From an uncultured Candidatus Binatia bacterium (GTDB lineage: Bacteria > Desulfobacterota > Binatia > UBA9968 > CAXXLF01), in contig OZ244621.1 in the NCBI GenBank assembly GCA_965218425.1, positions 2,176,001 through 2,240,000 of the forward strand: DNA of 64,000 bases. Direction: 5' to 3'. This document shows positions 29,357 to 38,259 of this stretch, piece after piece. Each line of letters opens with the position of its first letter. The first letter of the stretch is position 1. The notes under the pieces were generated by a model. The model made no database searches. It was given only the letters and a program-made list of their open reading frames with translations, and was not told where the DNA came from. The position numbers were made by a program, and so were the translations under genes.

Positions 29357-30565
29357 TTACCGAGCCCATCGCTGAACCCGTGGCAACAATTTATTCTTAA
29401 GATTCTCGGCCTCAGAGGATATTTTTACTATATTGTCTTTCTCTGCCGGATCTTTTTTAAGATCATACATCTCCCAGCTATCATCGGCGTCCCGATAAAT
29501 TAGCTTAAAATCCCCTTCACGATAAAAATAGATTGGTTTCTCACCACCTTTTTCCTTGTCACCATATTTATCAACTGCTTCTCCATGAACCCCTTTAATA
29601 GGATAATCCTCGATTGGGAATAGGGAGGACCCCTGAAACTTACTAACCGGCTCCAGACCAAAAAGTTGGAGGATGGTCGGAGGAATATCGAGATTGCTGA
29701 CGGCCTTGTCGCACACCTTGCCCTCCGATAAGCTGGGTTCAAATATGATTAAGGGGATGTTAACAAGTTCCGAATACATCTTTCCATCATGAGAAAGTCC
29801 ATTATGTTCAGCGAATTCGTCCCCATGATCTGGCAAAATAATCAGAACAGAATCGTTTAATACATTAGCGTTTTGCAAGATGCCAAAAAACTCTCTAACT
29901 GAGTCATCAACCTCACGGACCCCGGCACAGTAAAGTTTCCCGAGCAGGTCTACAGTATCCTTGTTTGAAACATCTCTTTTCAGGAGAACATTCTTAAACA
30001 GGGCATACATGTCATGTTTGCTCATGCTTATGGAAGGATCGATAAGATCAATATATTTTTTTTGTGGAATGTAGGGCTCATGAACGTCCATGTAATGAGT
30101 CCACAAGAAAAACGGCTTCCCTATTCCCTTCTGAGTCCCCAACCAGGCCGCAACTTTACTGTTTATAACAGAGGCCTCCATATAGGGAACTTCATCGGAG
30201 ACATCGTCCTCCATAGAATCATAAAAGTTGTCCCAACCCCGATCCCACCCAAAATAGGCACACAAATAGGGGTTAGAGTGAAATCCGGCCGTTACGATTC
30301 CTTTTTGGTGAAGGACCTCAGAAATCAACACTCTGTCAGGGTTTAATTTTTTGTCCTTTGAATAGCCGTAGTCAAGATAGTAGGATGAAGTGAGAATTCC
30401 TGGAAATCCCGCTTGAGTGTATGGCCCCACTGACCAAGCATTGTTAAATCTGGTACACTGATTCTGTATGGAATCTATAAAGGGTGTCAGTTGTTTTTCA
30501 GCTCCATAGCAACCTACAACATCCCTCCTTAGTGCGTCTATGGTCAACAGAATGACATTTTTCAT
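29357..30565 (-). CDS. Sulfatase-fold (alkaline phosphatase superfamily) enzyme with Thr at the nucleophile position
   Basis: NVILLTIDALR, YTQAGFPGILTS, HYMDVHEPY, DHGDEF, YDLKKDPAE; no C/S-x-P-x-R motif and no signal peptide. Confidence 0.85.
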   Translation of the reverse strand: MKNVILLTIDALRRDVVGCYGAEKQLTPFIDSIQNQCTRFNNAWSVGPYTQAGFPGILTSSYYLDYGYSKDKKLNPDRVLISEVLHQKGIVTAGFHSNPYLCAYFGWDRGWDNFYDSMEDDVSDEVPYMEASVINSKVAAWLGTQKGIGKPFFLWTHYMDVHEPYIPQKKYIDLIDPSISMSKHDMYALFKNVLLKRDVSNKDTVDLLGKLYCAGVREVDDSVREFFGILQNANVLNDSVLIILPDHGDEFAEHNGLSHDGKMYSELVNIPLIIFEPSLSEGKVCDKAVSNLDIPPTILQLFGLEPVSKFQGSSLFPIEDYPIKGVHGEAVDKYGDKEKGGEKPIYFYREGDFKLIYRDADDSWEMYDLKKDPAEKDNIVKISSEAENLKNKLLPRVQRWAR

Positions 30566-30622
30566 TGGGAGCTCCGCTACGAGAAAAAGAAAGATAACCG
30601 AAAACAAATAGATCGGCTAAAT

Positions 30623-31816
30623 TTAATAGCCTAAGGCGTCAAGTCGTGATTTTATCTTTTCTTCCATTGTCATAGATTTGCCCGGCGCCAATTGTCTTTG
30701 TTCCGGCATCCGCGTCATACCTTTCAAACCGGGGTAGTCCAATCCGTATCGATAAGCAGAATAGACTATACAAGGTTTTGTTTTTGGAGATGGCTCGGAT
30801 GAAGGCAAACTATTAACGTATTCCCAAACCAACTCGCCCCCGGGAGTTACTTCGAAGAGCCGGCCCGTTGTTCCCTCACAGATGAAGGTATTACCATTGG
30901 GCAGCCTTTGACAATTTGACATGATGGCAGAGTAAAAAAACATCGGGCCATCCGCTCCTCCTGTATAAGCCCATACCATCTTACCGCTATTCGGGTCCAC
31001 TTCTAGGACTCGAGAGTAGCTATAAATTGGACCGTGAGGATGCAAACCGTTATCAAACACGAGGATATTGCCGTTATCCAGCGCGGTTGCAGAGTGTTGA
31101 TGTCCTAGCTCACCTGATCTCCCGACCCCTGTAGCCTCACCTGTTCCCCATCTCAGTTTCACACTGCCGCTCATTCTATCAATAACAGCCACAGTGTTAG
31201 TCTTCATTAAGCTAACAAGGATATTCCCGTCCGGCAGTTCAACGATAGAATTGGTATGAGGCCACATGCTACGGGGACATATTGGGCAGATGGCATCTAC
31301 CTCCGGGTCAAGATGATCATGGGCGATCCACTCCCAAGCCACTTTCCCGTCAGGTGTGATCTCTTGGATTGTATCACCCCACATAACTCCTTCTCTCTCT
31401 GTTCCTGGCTCACCACCTTTCACCTTTATCGCAATTTTCTCGGGCACTTTCACCCACTTGAGAACTAGGGTATTCCCGTTTTTCATTCGATAAAACGCAT
31501 GGTGCATAAACGGGTCTCGGTATTCCCATGTCACTTTGCCTTCCCAATCCGCCTCCAACAGGATGCCGCCAGCACCTTCTAAATCGGCTAACGGGCCACT
31601 ATCATCCTTACCTGCGTACAATAGGTTTCCAGTAGGGAGCAGCTCTCCGTAGCAGCCTGGTCTGTATCCCATCTCCCAATAGTTGACATGCCTGCCCCGC
31701 ATGTCAATTAACCATGCTCCGTTACCTTGAAGGGGAGCAATAAGGGTAACACCATTGTATGCCCTATATGAATTCCAAAGAACTAAACCTTTAACGCCGG
31801 TGAACGCAACGCTCAT
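30623..31816 (-). CDS. Aryl-sulfate sulfotransferase (ASST)-family beta-propeller protein A
   Basis: LIDMRG, HHAF..MKNGN, HTNS, GHQH, LVFDNG, SRVLEVDP, CQRLPNGNTFICEG, GRLFEVT..GELVWEY. Confidence 0.85.
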   Translation of the reverse strand: MSVAFTGVKGLVLWNSYRAYNGVTLIAPLQGNGAWLIDMRGRHVNYWEMGYRPGCYGELLPTGNLLYAGKDDSGPLADLEGAGGILLEADWEGKVTWEYRDPFMHHAFYRMKNGNTLVLKWVKVPEKIAIKVKGGEPGTEREGVMWGDTIQEITPDGKVAWEWIAHDHLDPEVDAICPICPRSMWPHTNSIVELPDGNILVSLMKTNTVAVIDRMSGSVKLRWGTGEATGVGRSGELGHQHSATALDNGNILVFDNGLHPHGPIYSYSRVLEVDPNSGKMVWAYTGGADGPMFFYSAIMSNCQRLPNGNTFICEGTTGRLFEVTPGGELVWEYVNSLPSSEPSPKTKPCIVYSAYRYGLDYPGLKGMTRMPEQRQLAPGKSMTMEEKIKSRLDALGY

Positions 31817-31873
31817 TGGACCACCTTATAGTTAGTTAGATACCGTAGAAATCCTCTGTTCATTGAAACCCAC

Positions 31874-33046
31874 CTAAAAGATAATGGGTCTAAAATCTTC
31901 CTGAAAGGCCTTGGAACCAAAGAGTCGGTTCTCCCATAGAAACCTCCCTGGGTCTAAATCCTTGCCTTGAAGCCCTGGATAGTCGCGAGCATAACGGTAA
32001 GCCCGCCACATACGATTAGTATTCGTACCCTGGCTTGGACCTACGAATGGTGAAAGGTATTCCCATACTAGTTCGCCCGCCGCGGTCACCTCAAATATCC
32101 GGCCACTCCACGAATCACACATAACCGTATTGCCATTAGCCAATCGCTGATTTGCGCCACAGATACATGTATAGAAGATGTATGGAGGATCTTCCTTATA
32201 CTCCCATACTATCTGATCTGTAGCGGGTTCAATCTCAACTATGCGGGAATAGTTGGGCTCATAACCACGACGGTCGTTTCCATTGTCAAAAATAAGAAAA
32301 TTTCCATTATCAAGCTCTCTGCAATCATGCTGATGGCTAAGTCTACCTCTGCCATATCTCCCAATTACCTTACCCGTTGGATACTCCACCTTGGTGGCTT
32401 GATTTAGGTAACGCGTGCCTAACAAAACGTTGCCGTCACGGCATACCCAGATTGAGTTTATGTAAGGCCATATCCGTCGTGTCTCCAACGGATAACCAAG
32501 CTCATCGATCTCCGGATCAAGGTGTTCATAGGCTCGCCATTCCCATACTCTATTACCATTGCGGTCGATTTCGTAAACTGCATCGCCGTATATTTGCCCA
32601 TTAAGCTCAGTTCCCGGGCGGCCTCCTTTTACCTTGGCTGCAATTTCATCAGGTAAAATGCATTCCGGGGCCCAAGCGTGGTACAGTATGTTACCATTGT
32701 CCTTAACATAAAAGGTATGGAATTGATTGGGAGCTTCGATTTGCCACACAATGTTTCCATCCCAATCCATCTCCATAAACATGCCACCCACCCCAGCGAA
32801 CTCCATAGGAAGGCCCAATTCCTCATGACTTTTTACCCGTAATGCCGTAAACAAGTTACCATTCGGTAAAAGCACCCCGTGAGCTCCAGGGCCATAGGGC
32901 ATTACCCAGCGATTCACAATATTACCTTTCATGTCAATCAACCATGTATTCTTGCCGCCTTGGGGAGCAAAAAAGGTATACCCGTCATCTGCCTTCAATG
33001 GGTCATAACAGGTAACCCCCAGCCTTGCTGTCTTAGCAATACTCAT
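31874..33046 (-). CDS. Aryl-sulfate sulfotransferase (ASST)-family beta-propeller protein B
   Basis: LIDMKG, YINS, GTR, SHQHD, LIFDNG, SRIVEIEP, QRLANGNT, GRIFEVT..GELVWEY, WRAYRY. Confidence 0.85.
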   Translation of the reverse strand: MSIAKTARLGVTCYDPLKADDGYTFFAPQGGKNTWLIDMKGNIVNRWVMPYGPGAHGVLLPNGNLFTALRVKSHEELGLPMEFAGVGGMFMEMDWDGNIVWQIEAPNQFHTFYVKDNGNILYHAWAPECILPDEIAAKVKGGRPGTELNGQIYGDAVYEIDRNGNRVWEWRAYEHLDPEIDELGYPLETRRIWPYINSIWVCRDGNVLLGTRYLNQATKVEYPTGKVIGRYGRGRLSHQHDCRELDNGNFLIFDNGNDRRGYEPNYSRIVEIEPATDQIVWEYKEDPPYIFYTCICGANQRLANGNTVMCDSWSGRIFEVTAAGELVWEYLSPFVGPSQGTNTNRMWRAYRYARDYPGLQGKDLDPGRFLWENRLFGSKAFQEDFRPIIF

Positions 33047-33139
33047 TTAGACTTCCTTTCCTCATACCTTAAGCGAAAATAACAGATTAATTATCTTCAG
33101 CCAAAGCCTGCATCTGCCCAAAGGTGTCCTTATCGGCTC

Positions 33140-35107
33140 TTACCCCTTCATTAAGTTAGGTAGAAATGTCGATAGTTCAGGGAAGACTATCAGGATACCC
33201 ATACCCATGAACAATATAATTACAAACGGCATTACTCCCCTAAATATCGTGGCGAGAGGCACATCTGGGGCCACGCCTTTTACGATGTAAATATTTATGC
33301 CTACTGGCGGCGTAATAATAGCGATTTCGCCTAGTAGCACTACTATGACTCCGAACCATATTGGGTCGTACCCTAGTGCCAGAACTATGGGGAAGAAGAT
33401 AGGAATGGTGAGTAAAAGTAATGGAATGTTCGGCATAAAACAGCCCAAAAATGAATAACTGATTATAATAAAAGTCAATATAGCAGCAGGGGGTAGTGCA
33501 AGCCCACCTATATACGAAGCGAGGTTCATAGGCAGCCTGCTCACCGCGAGAAATGGGGTCACTATCTGAGCACCAATAAGCATCAGAAGCATCATGCTGG
33601 TAGTGATTGCAGTATTGGTCAGGGATGTGTTAAATGCTTGCCACGTCAGGCGTTTGGTTAACAAACCAAGAAGCAATGCGCCAAAGGCACCGATACCACC
33701 CGCCTCATAAGGAGTGAAAACCCCCGTGTAGATGCCTCCAATGACTACTACAAACAGGATCAATATCGCCCAAGCACCCTTGAGGGACACCAGCTTTTCG
33801 CTCAGCGTTGACTTGGGTCCGGGCGGGCCCAAATGTGGCCTCAGCCGAACACGAATGTAAATATAGAGCATAAGCAGGGCAGCTAGGATAACTCCAGGGA
33901 CAATGCCAGCCAGAAAAAGCCGCCCAATGGATTGCTCGGTGACGAGTGCATAGACGATAAACGTTATGCTGGGCGGTATCATAATGCCAAGAGTCCCACC
34001 GGTAGCAATTGTACCAGTGGCCAGAGCATCATCGTATTTGTATTTCTTCATCTCTGGTAAAGCCACCGTACCCATGGTGGCCGCTGTGGCCCCGGTGGTA
34101 CCACTTACAGCGGCAAAACCAGCACAACCACCTATAGTCGCGATTGCCAGTCCCCCAGGTAGGGTTCCGAGCCACCGGTATACGGCAAAATAGGCATCTC
34201 TGCTCAGCCCTGAGGCATAACAGAACTCACCCATAAGTACGAAAAGGGGAATGGCTAGGTAAGTGTAATTTCTTGCCGCTTGAAATGGAATTATCCCCAG
34301 TGTAGCTAACCCAGGGGCAACTCCGATCACATAGCTGGTACCCACGAAACCAACCAGAGCTAGAGCAAAACCGACAGGCATTCCCGAGAACAAGAATAAA
34401 ATGAGTATGCCAAAACCAATGATTCCTGCAGCCATAGGGGTTACAGCCCAAGGCAGTAATCGAAACACTACAGCCACAACCAGCGCCAGGCTCATAACAA
34501 TGCCCACCATTAAGGCTATCCAACCACCTAGTTGGTTTCCCTGCACTGCACGTTTAACGCAGTCCGTGAGATCCCCTAATACGACTAAAAGAAGCAAAAG
34601 AAAGCCAAAAACTAGGAATAACTCGAAAGGAAAAAGAGGAATCCTAAGCTCTTCCGTTACCGCAGTTTGAACTCTCAAGACGTTGGCCTGCAGTAGGCTG
34701 CTCCATATTATCAAGCCTAGAAGAACTGCCACCATGATTCCGGTGATACTCTCAATTATGGCACAAGTCCTTGGCCCGAGCTTTGAGACCACTACATCGA
34801 CGGTTACATGCCGCTTCATATGGGCTGTGTAACCTACCCCGGAAAATATTATGACCACCAGCATCAGCGTGGTGAGATCCAGGGAGCCTAATATCGGGGA
34901 ATCGAACACGTACCGCAATGTGACATCAGCGACAACAATGAACACGATTACCAACATCGCCGCTTTTGATAGGTTCAGGACCAGCTCACTTAAATGACCG
35001 GCGACCTTTCGAAGCCAATCCAATTTGCCCTCCAGTTTGAATGCTGCTGATTTTAGGGTTTTAGCGAAATTTGGTGAGACTCTGGTAGCGAATCCTGATT
35101 GAAGCAA
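33140..35107 (-). CDS. TRAP transporter fused small+large permease (DctQ-DctM)
   Basis: N-terminal DVTLRY...HVTVD (DctQ), then AIPLFVLMG, GGLAIA, GGTLGIMIPPS, DPIWFGV, TPPVG (DctM). Confidence 0.92.
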   Translation of the reverse strand: MLQSGFATRVSPNFAKTLKSAAFKLEGKLDWLRKVAGHLSELVLNLSKAAMLVIVFIVVADVTLRYVFDSPILGSLDLTTLMLVVIIFSGVGYTAHMKRHVTVDVVVSKLGPRTCAIIESITGIMVAVLLGLIIWSSLLQANVLRVQTAVTEELRIPLFPFELFLVFGFLLLLLVVLGDLTDCVKRAVQGNQLGGWIALMVGIVMSLALVVAVVFRLLPWAVTPMAAGIIGFGILILFLFSGMPVGFALALVGFVGTSYVIGVAPGLATLGIIPFQAARNYTYLAIPLFVLMGEFCYASGLSRDAYFAVYRWLGTLPGGLAIATIGGCAGFAAVSGTTGATAATMGTVALPEMKKYKYDDALATGTIATGGTLGIMIPPSITFIVYALVTEQSIGRLFLAGIVPGVILAALLMLYIYIRVRLRPHLGPPGPKSTLSEKLVSLKGAWAILILFVVVIGGIYTGVFTPYEAGGIGAFGALLLGLLTKRLTWQAFNTSLTNTAITTSMMLLMLIGAQIVTPFLAVSRLPMNLASYIGGLALPPAAILTFIIISYSFLGCFMPNIPLLLLTIPIFFPIVLALGYDPIWFGVIVVLLGEIAIITPPVGINIYIVKGVAPDVPLATIFRGVMPFVIILFMGMGILIVFPELSTFLPNLMKG

Positions 35108-35258
35108 TTCTACTTAAAACTCTCTATAACTTATTGAAAAGCTCGTGTTACTTCACTCTCTCAGCGACACCCTTCAGTTCTGGTGGTGCTAGTACTCCCC
35201 ACAAACTTATAGTGAGTCTCGATAAAATATCTCTACTTATAGTGGCTCTTTGCTATTT

Positions 35259-35288
35259 GCTCAACCGTGGAATTATCCACGGTTGAGC
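35259..35288. terminator. Perfect 13-bp stem-loop between dctP and dctQM (stabiliser or attenuator)
   Basis: GCTCAACCGTGGA-ATTA-TCCACGGTTGAGC, with no U-tract on the transcribed (minus) strand. Confidence 0.55.
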
Positions 35289-35330
35289 CGCTCATTCAAT
35301 TTTCAACTAAATTCAGTATAACCTCATACG

Positions 35331-36356
35331 CTACATAGACTCTAGGTACCGCTTTAAAAATGCTAGGGCCTTGCTACCAGACCGTCCTTTCTTATCCAGC
35401 ATAGCACCATAGTCAACTGGCATGCTCTTCAAGGTATCTTCCCATCTAGAGGATTCAGCTCGTGAGAGCTTAATTAGTTTGGCGCCTTCCTTGACCATCA
35501 AATCCACGCGACTTTGGTCCATTCGATCGGCTAGTTCACCCATGCGTCTTGATTGAGACTCTCCGCCCAGTGCGTTGAACGCAGCCTTCGCATCTGATGA
35601 CAAGCTCTTCCATTTGTTACGATTCATCGCAACAAAGAATGTTATACTGCCGGTATTGGGGATGGATGTGATGTAGGGCGCAACTTCATGGAACTTTCGA
35701 GAGTACGCGCCCCCCGGCTGAGTAACTACACCCTGCGCCACTCCCTTTTCGATGGCAGTGTACGTCTCTCCGAATGGTACAGCCACCGGGACAGCACCCA
35801 GTCTCTTGAGCGCCACCGCTGGCGACCCAGCATTTGACCTAAGCTTCATACCCCGTAGGTCATCCAGGTTACGAACCGGTTTTTTGGAGAAGATGGTGTT
35901 GCTCCCCAAAGTGAAAAACCACAAGGGTTTGACAGAGGCAAACTCTTTTTGGATCGCCGGAATATTCTTGTACGCAGCCCAAATTGCTGCGTTATCATTA
36001 GCCATATTTCGTTTAACTCCAGACGTCAGACCTGCGGTAATAATCCCTTCAAAGGTGAAACGGCCTGGGGTATAGTAGCTTGCTGTTTCAACAATATCAG
36101 CTACACCTGCATTAACAGAATCCCACGCTGCTTGCGCCTTGACTAGGCTATTGGACGTATAAAGAACCAATTTAACTTTGCTCCCGGTACGCTTCGCTAT
36201 CTCTTGTGCGTATGGTTTCCACCAATCTGTGACTCGATAGTGTTTTGGTGGGATCTTCAGCGCTACGTTTAGTTCGACAGGTTCGGCTGGTGCCGGTGCT
36301 AAAAACAACGCCAGTGTGCTAAGGGTTGAAACAATAATCGTTAGTCTATACTTCAT
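35331..36356 (-). CDS. dctP: TRAP substrate-binding protein
   Basis: Signal peptide, GVADI, YTPGRF, KPVRNLDDLRGMKLR, LGAVPV..PFGETYTAIEKGV, AMNRNKWKSLS. Confidence 0.9.
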   Translation of the reverse strand: MKYRLTIIVSTLSTLALFLAPAPAEPVELNVALKIPPKHYRVTDWWKPYAQEIAKRTGSKVKLVLYTSNSLVKAQAAWDSVNAGVADIVETASYYTPGRFTFEGIITAGLTSGVKRNMANDNAAIWAAYKNIPAIQKEFASVKPLWFFTLGSNTIFSKKPVRNLDDLRGMKLRSNAGSPAVALKRLGAVPVAVPFGETYTAIEKGVAQGVVTQPGGAYSRKFHEVAPYITSIPNTGSITFFVAMNRNKWKSLSSDAKAAFNALGGESQSRRMGELADRMDQSRVDLMVKEGAKLIKLSRAESSRWEDTLKSMPVDYGAMLDKKGRSGSKALAFLKRYLESM

Positions 36357-36436
36357 ATTTCGCCTCCCTTGCTACTTCACTTCATATTTCGCCTCCCTTG
36401 CTACTTCACTTCATATTTCGCCTCCCTTGCTACTTC
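36350..36436 (-). repeat. Three exact tandem copies of a 29-bp unit spanning the dctP RBS and start codon
   Basis: Plus-strand unit ACTTCATATTTCGCCTCCCTTGCTACTTC at 36350, 36379 and 36408. Confidence 0.95.
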
Positions 36437-36458
36437 AAAAAATAAATATTAAACTCTA

Positions 36459-36487
36459 TGATTACCAAGATCTGAAACCGATGTCAA
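36459..36487 (-). promoter_or_regulatory. Sigma70-type promoter for dctP
   Basis: Minus strand TTGACA-17 nt-TAATCA in an AT-rich divergent gap. Confidence 0.5.
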
Positions 36488-36684
36488 GTCCCTGATTGGA
36501 TCAATAAACTTGCGAGTCCTTTATAATCGGACATATAGCAAAACATATTGAATAACGTTAGAAATATTACTTAACATTCATTCTACCATCGTGGTGACAA
36601 CAATCCTGCTAGTTATCATGATGTTTGGTCGCTAAATAGTTCCCACAGGGGTAGTGCGTCGACCGAATGGGAGGAGATTGGCCG

Positions 36685-38259
36685 ATGCCGGTCAAATCGC
36701 TGGTAAGACCACAACTCTACAAGGACTCGGTCGTCCTTATGCGTATCTCGGAGGCACTTTCTGGGATCGAGGGCGTGAAGCATGCCACCGTGATGATGGG
36801 GACGGCCGCCAACAAGCAAATCTTGGAAGAGAGCGACCAGCTCACTGCCGAGGTGAAGCTAGCCGGGCCCGACGACCTCATGATTGTACTTGAGGCTGAT
36901 TCCGGCGAGGTTCTGAATTCTGCTCTCACTCACGCCGAAGGTCTCTTGTCCGAAGTCAGCAAGACACAAGGTGAAATCCACGAACGACCACCGCGGACAG
37001 CGTCGACGGCTCTAGCGCGGCTGCCGGAGGCGAACTTGGTCCAGGTATCAACCCCAGGACAGTATGCGGGGGCAGAAGCACTAAAAGCCCTTCGCCATGG
37101 TTTACACGTATTCCTGTTCAGTGATAACGTTTCACTGGAGCAAGAGATTTTCCTTAAGACAGTGGCATTACGCAAGGGGCTTTTAGTTATGGGGCCGGAC
37201 TGCGGGACCTCCCTCATCGGGGGAACACCTCTGGGCTTTGCCAACGTCACCCGCCGTGGAACGGTCGGACTTGTAGCGGCTTCTGGGACTGGTCTGCAGC
37301 AAGTGACATGCCTTATTCATCAACTTGGGGAAGGAGTCTCTAATGGCATTGGGACTGGAAGCCGGGACCTGGCACAGGCCGTAGGTGGAATCACAACGCA
37401 GCAGGGATTAGAGGCCCTCTCAACTGATCCACAGACGCGCGTCATTGTTCTCATTTCTAAACCTCCTTCTCCGAATGTGGCCGCTCGGATTCTCGAGCGA
37501 GTACAAAAAACTGCCAAACCTGTGGTAGTCCTTTTCCTCGGGGGTGACTCCGAGATGGTTCGGGCAGCTGGCGCAATTCCGGTGGTAACACTCGAAGAGG
37601 CGGCGATTTGGGCTGTGGCCCTCGCCCGAGGTGAAGACCCCCAAACTATAAAAAGCTCCTTGCCCCTCCATCTGGAGACAGTGCAGGCTGAGGGCCGACG
37701 CTTCAATTCCAGCCAGCGGTATTTGCGAGGCCTGTTCTCTGGTGGAACCTTTTGTATAGAGGCCCAAATCGTCTGTCATCAAGAAGGGTTGAATACCTTC
37801 TCTAACGTCCCTCTCGATAAAACATACACTTTGGCTAACATTCAGGGGAGCAAAGAACACACCGCCATCGACATGGGCAGCGATGAATTTACCGTCGGCC
37901 GACCCCATCCGATGATTGACTTCCGCTATCGAGTCGATCGACTATTTCGCGAGGCCCAAGACCCTACGACCGCTGTCATCCTTATCGATGTTGTCCTCGG
38001 CTATGGTGCTCACCCGGATCCCGCTGCCGCTCTCGCCCCCGCAATCCAAGAAGCCAAGAGATCGGCTCAACGAGAAGGAAGGTATCTGATAATTGTAGGA
38101 TCCGTCTGCGGCACGGAGGAAGACCCCCAACATCTATCTGCCCAAGAGGCGCGCTTACGGGAAGCAGGGATGCTCCTAGCTTCTAGCAATGCGAGCGCGG
38201 CAAGGCTGGCTGCCGCTATTACCACAAAGCGCACATCTTTCGAGGAGGCACAACCGTGA
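36685..38259 (+). CDS. fdrA: FdrA/YahF-family acyl-CoA-synthetase-like subunit (AllF-like)
   Basis: YKDSVVLM, MMGTAANK, FLFSDNV, MGPDCGT, ASGTGLQ, ISKPP, RGLFSGGT, VGRPHPMID, DVVLGYG, GTEEDPQ; SD GAGGAG. Confidence 0.92.
   Translation: MPVKSLVRPQLYKDSVVLMRISEALSGIEGVKHATVMMGTAANKQILEESDQLTAEVKLAGPDDLMIVLEADSGEVLNSALTHAEGLLSEVSKTQGEIHERPPRTASTALARLPEANLVQVSTPGQYAGAEALKALRHGLHVFLFSDNVSLEQEIFLKTVALRKGLLVMGPDCGTSLIGGTPLGFANVTRRGTVGLVAASGTGLQQVTCLIHQLGEGVSNGIGTGSRDLAQAVGGITTQQGLEALSTDPQTRVIVLISKPPSPNVAARILERVQKTAKPVVVLFLGGDSEMVRAAGAIPVVTLEEAAIWAVALARGEDPQTIKSSLPLHLETVQAEGRRFNSSQRYLRGLFSGGTFCIEAQIVCHQEGLNTFSNVPLDKTYTLANIQGSKEHTAIDMGSDEFTVGRPHPMIDFRYRVDRLFREAQDPTTAVILIDVVLGYGAHPDPAAALAPAIQEAKRSAQREGRYLIIVGSVCGTEEDPQHLSAQEARLREAGMLLASSNASAARLAAAITTKRTSFEEAQP

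Noticed and set aside
26115..33046. ATP synthesis by sulfuryl transfer from aryl sulfate to AMP followed by reverse Sat
   Set aside because: APS has much higher sulfuryl-transfer potential than ordinary sulfate esters, and nothing in the sequence supports the step.
36350..36436. 29-bp repeats as a CRISPR array
   Set aside because: The copies are directly adjacent with no spacers, overlap an RBS and start codon, and no cas genes are present.
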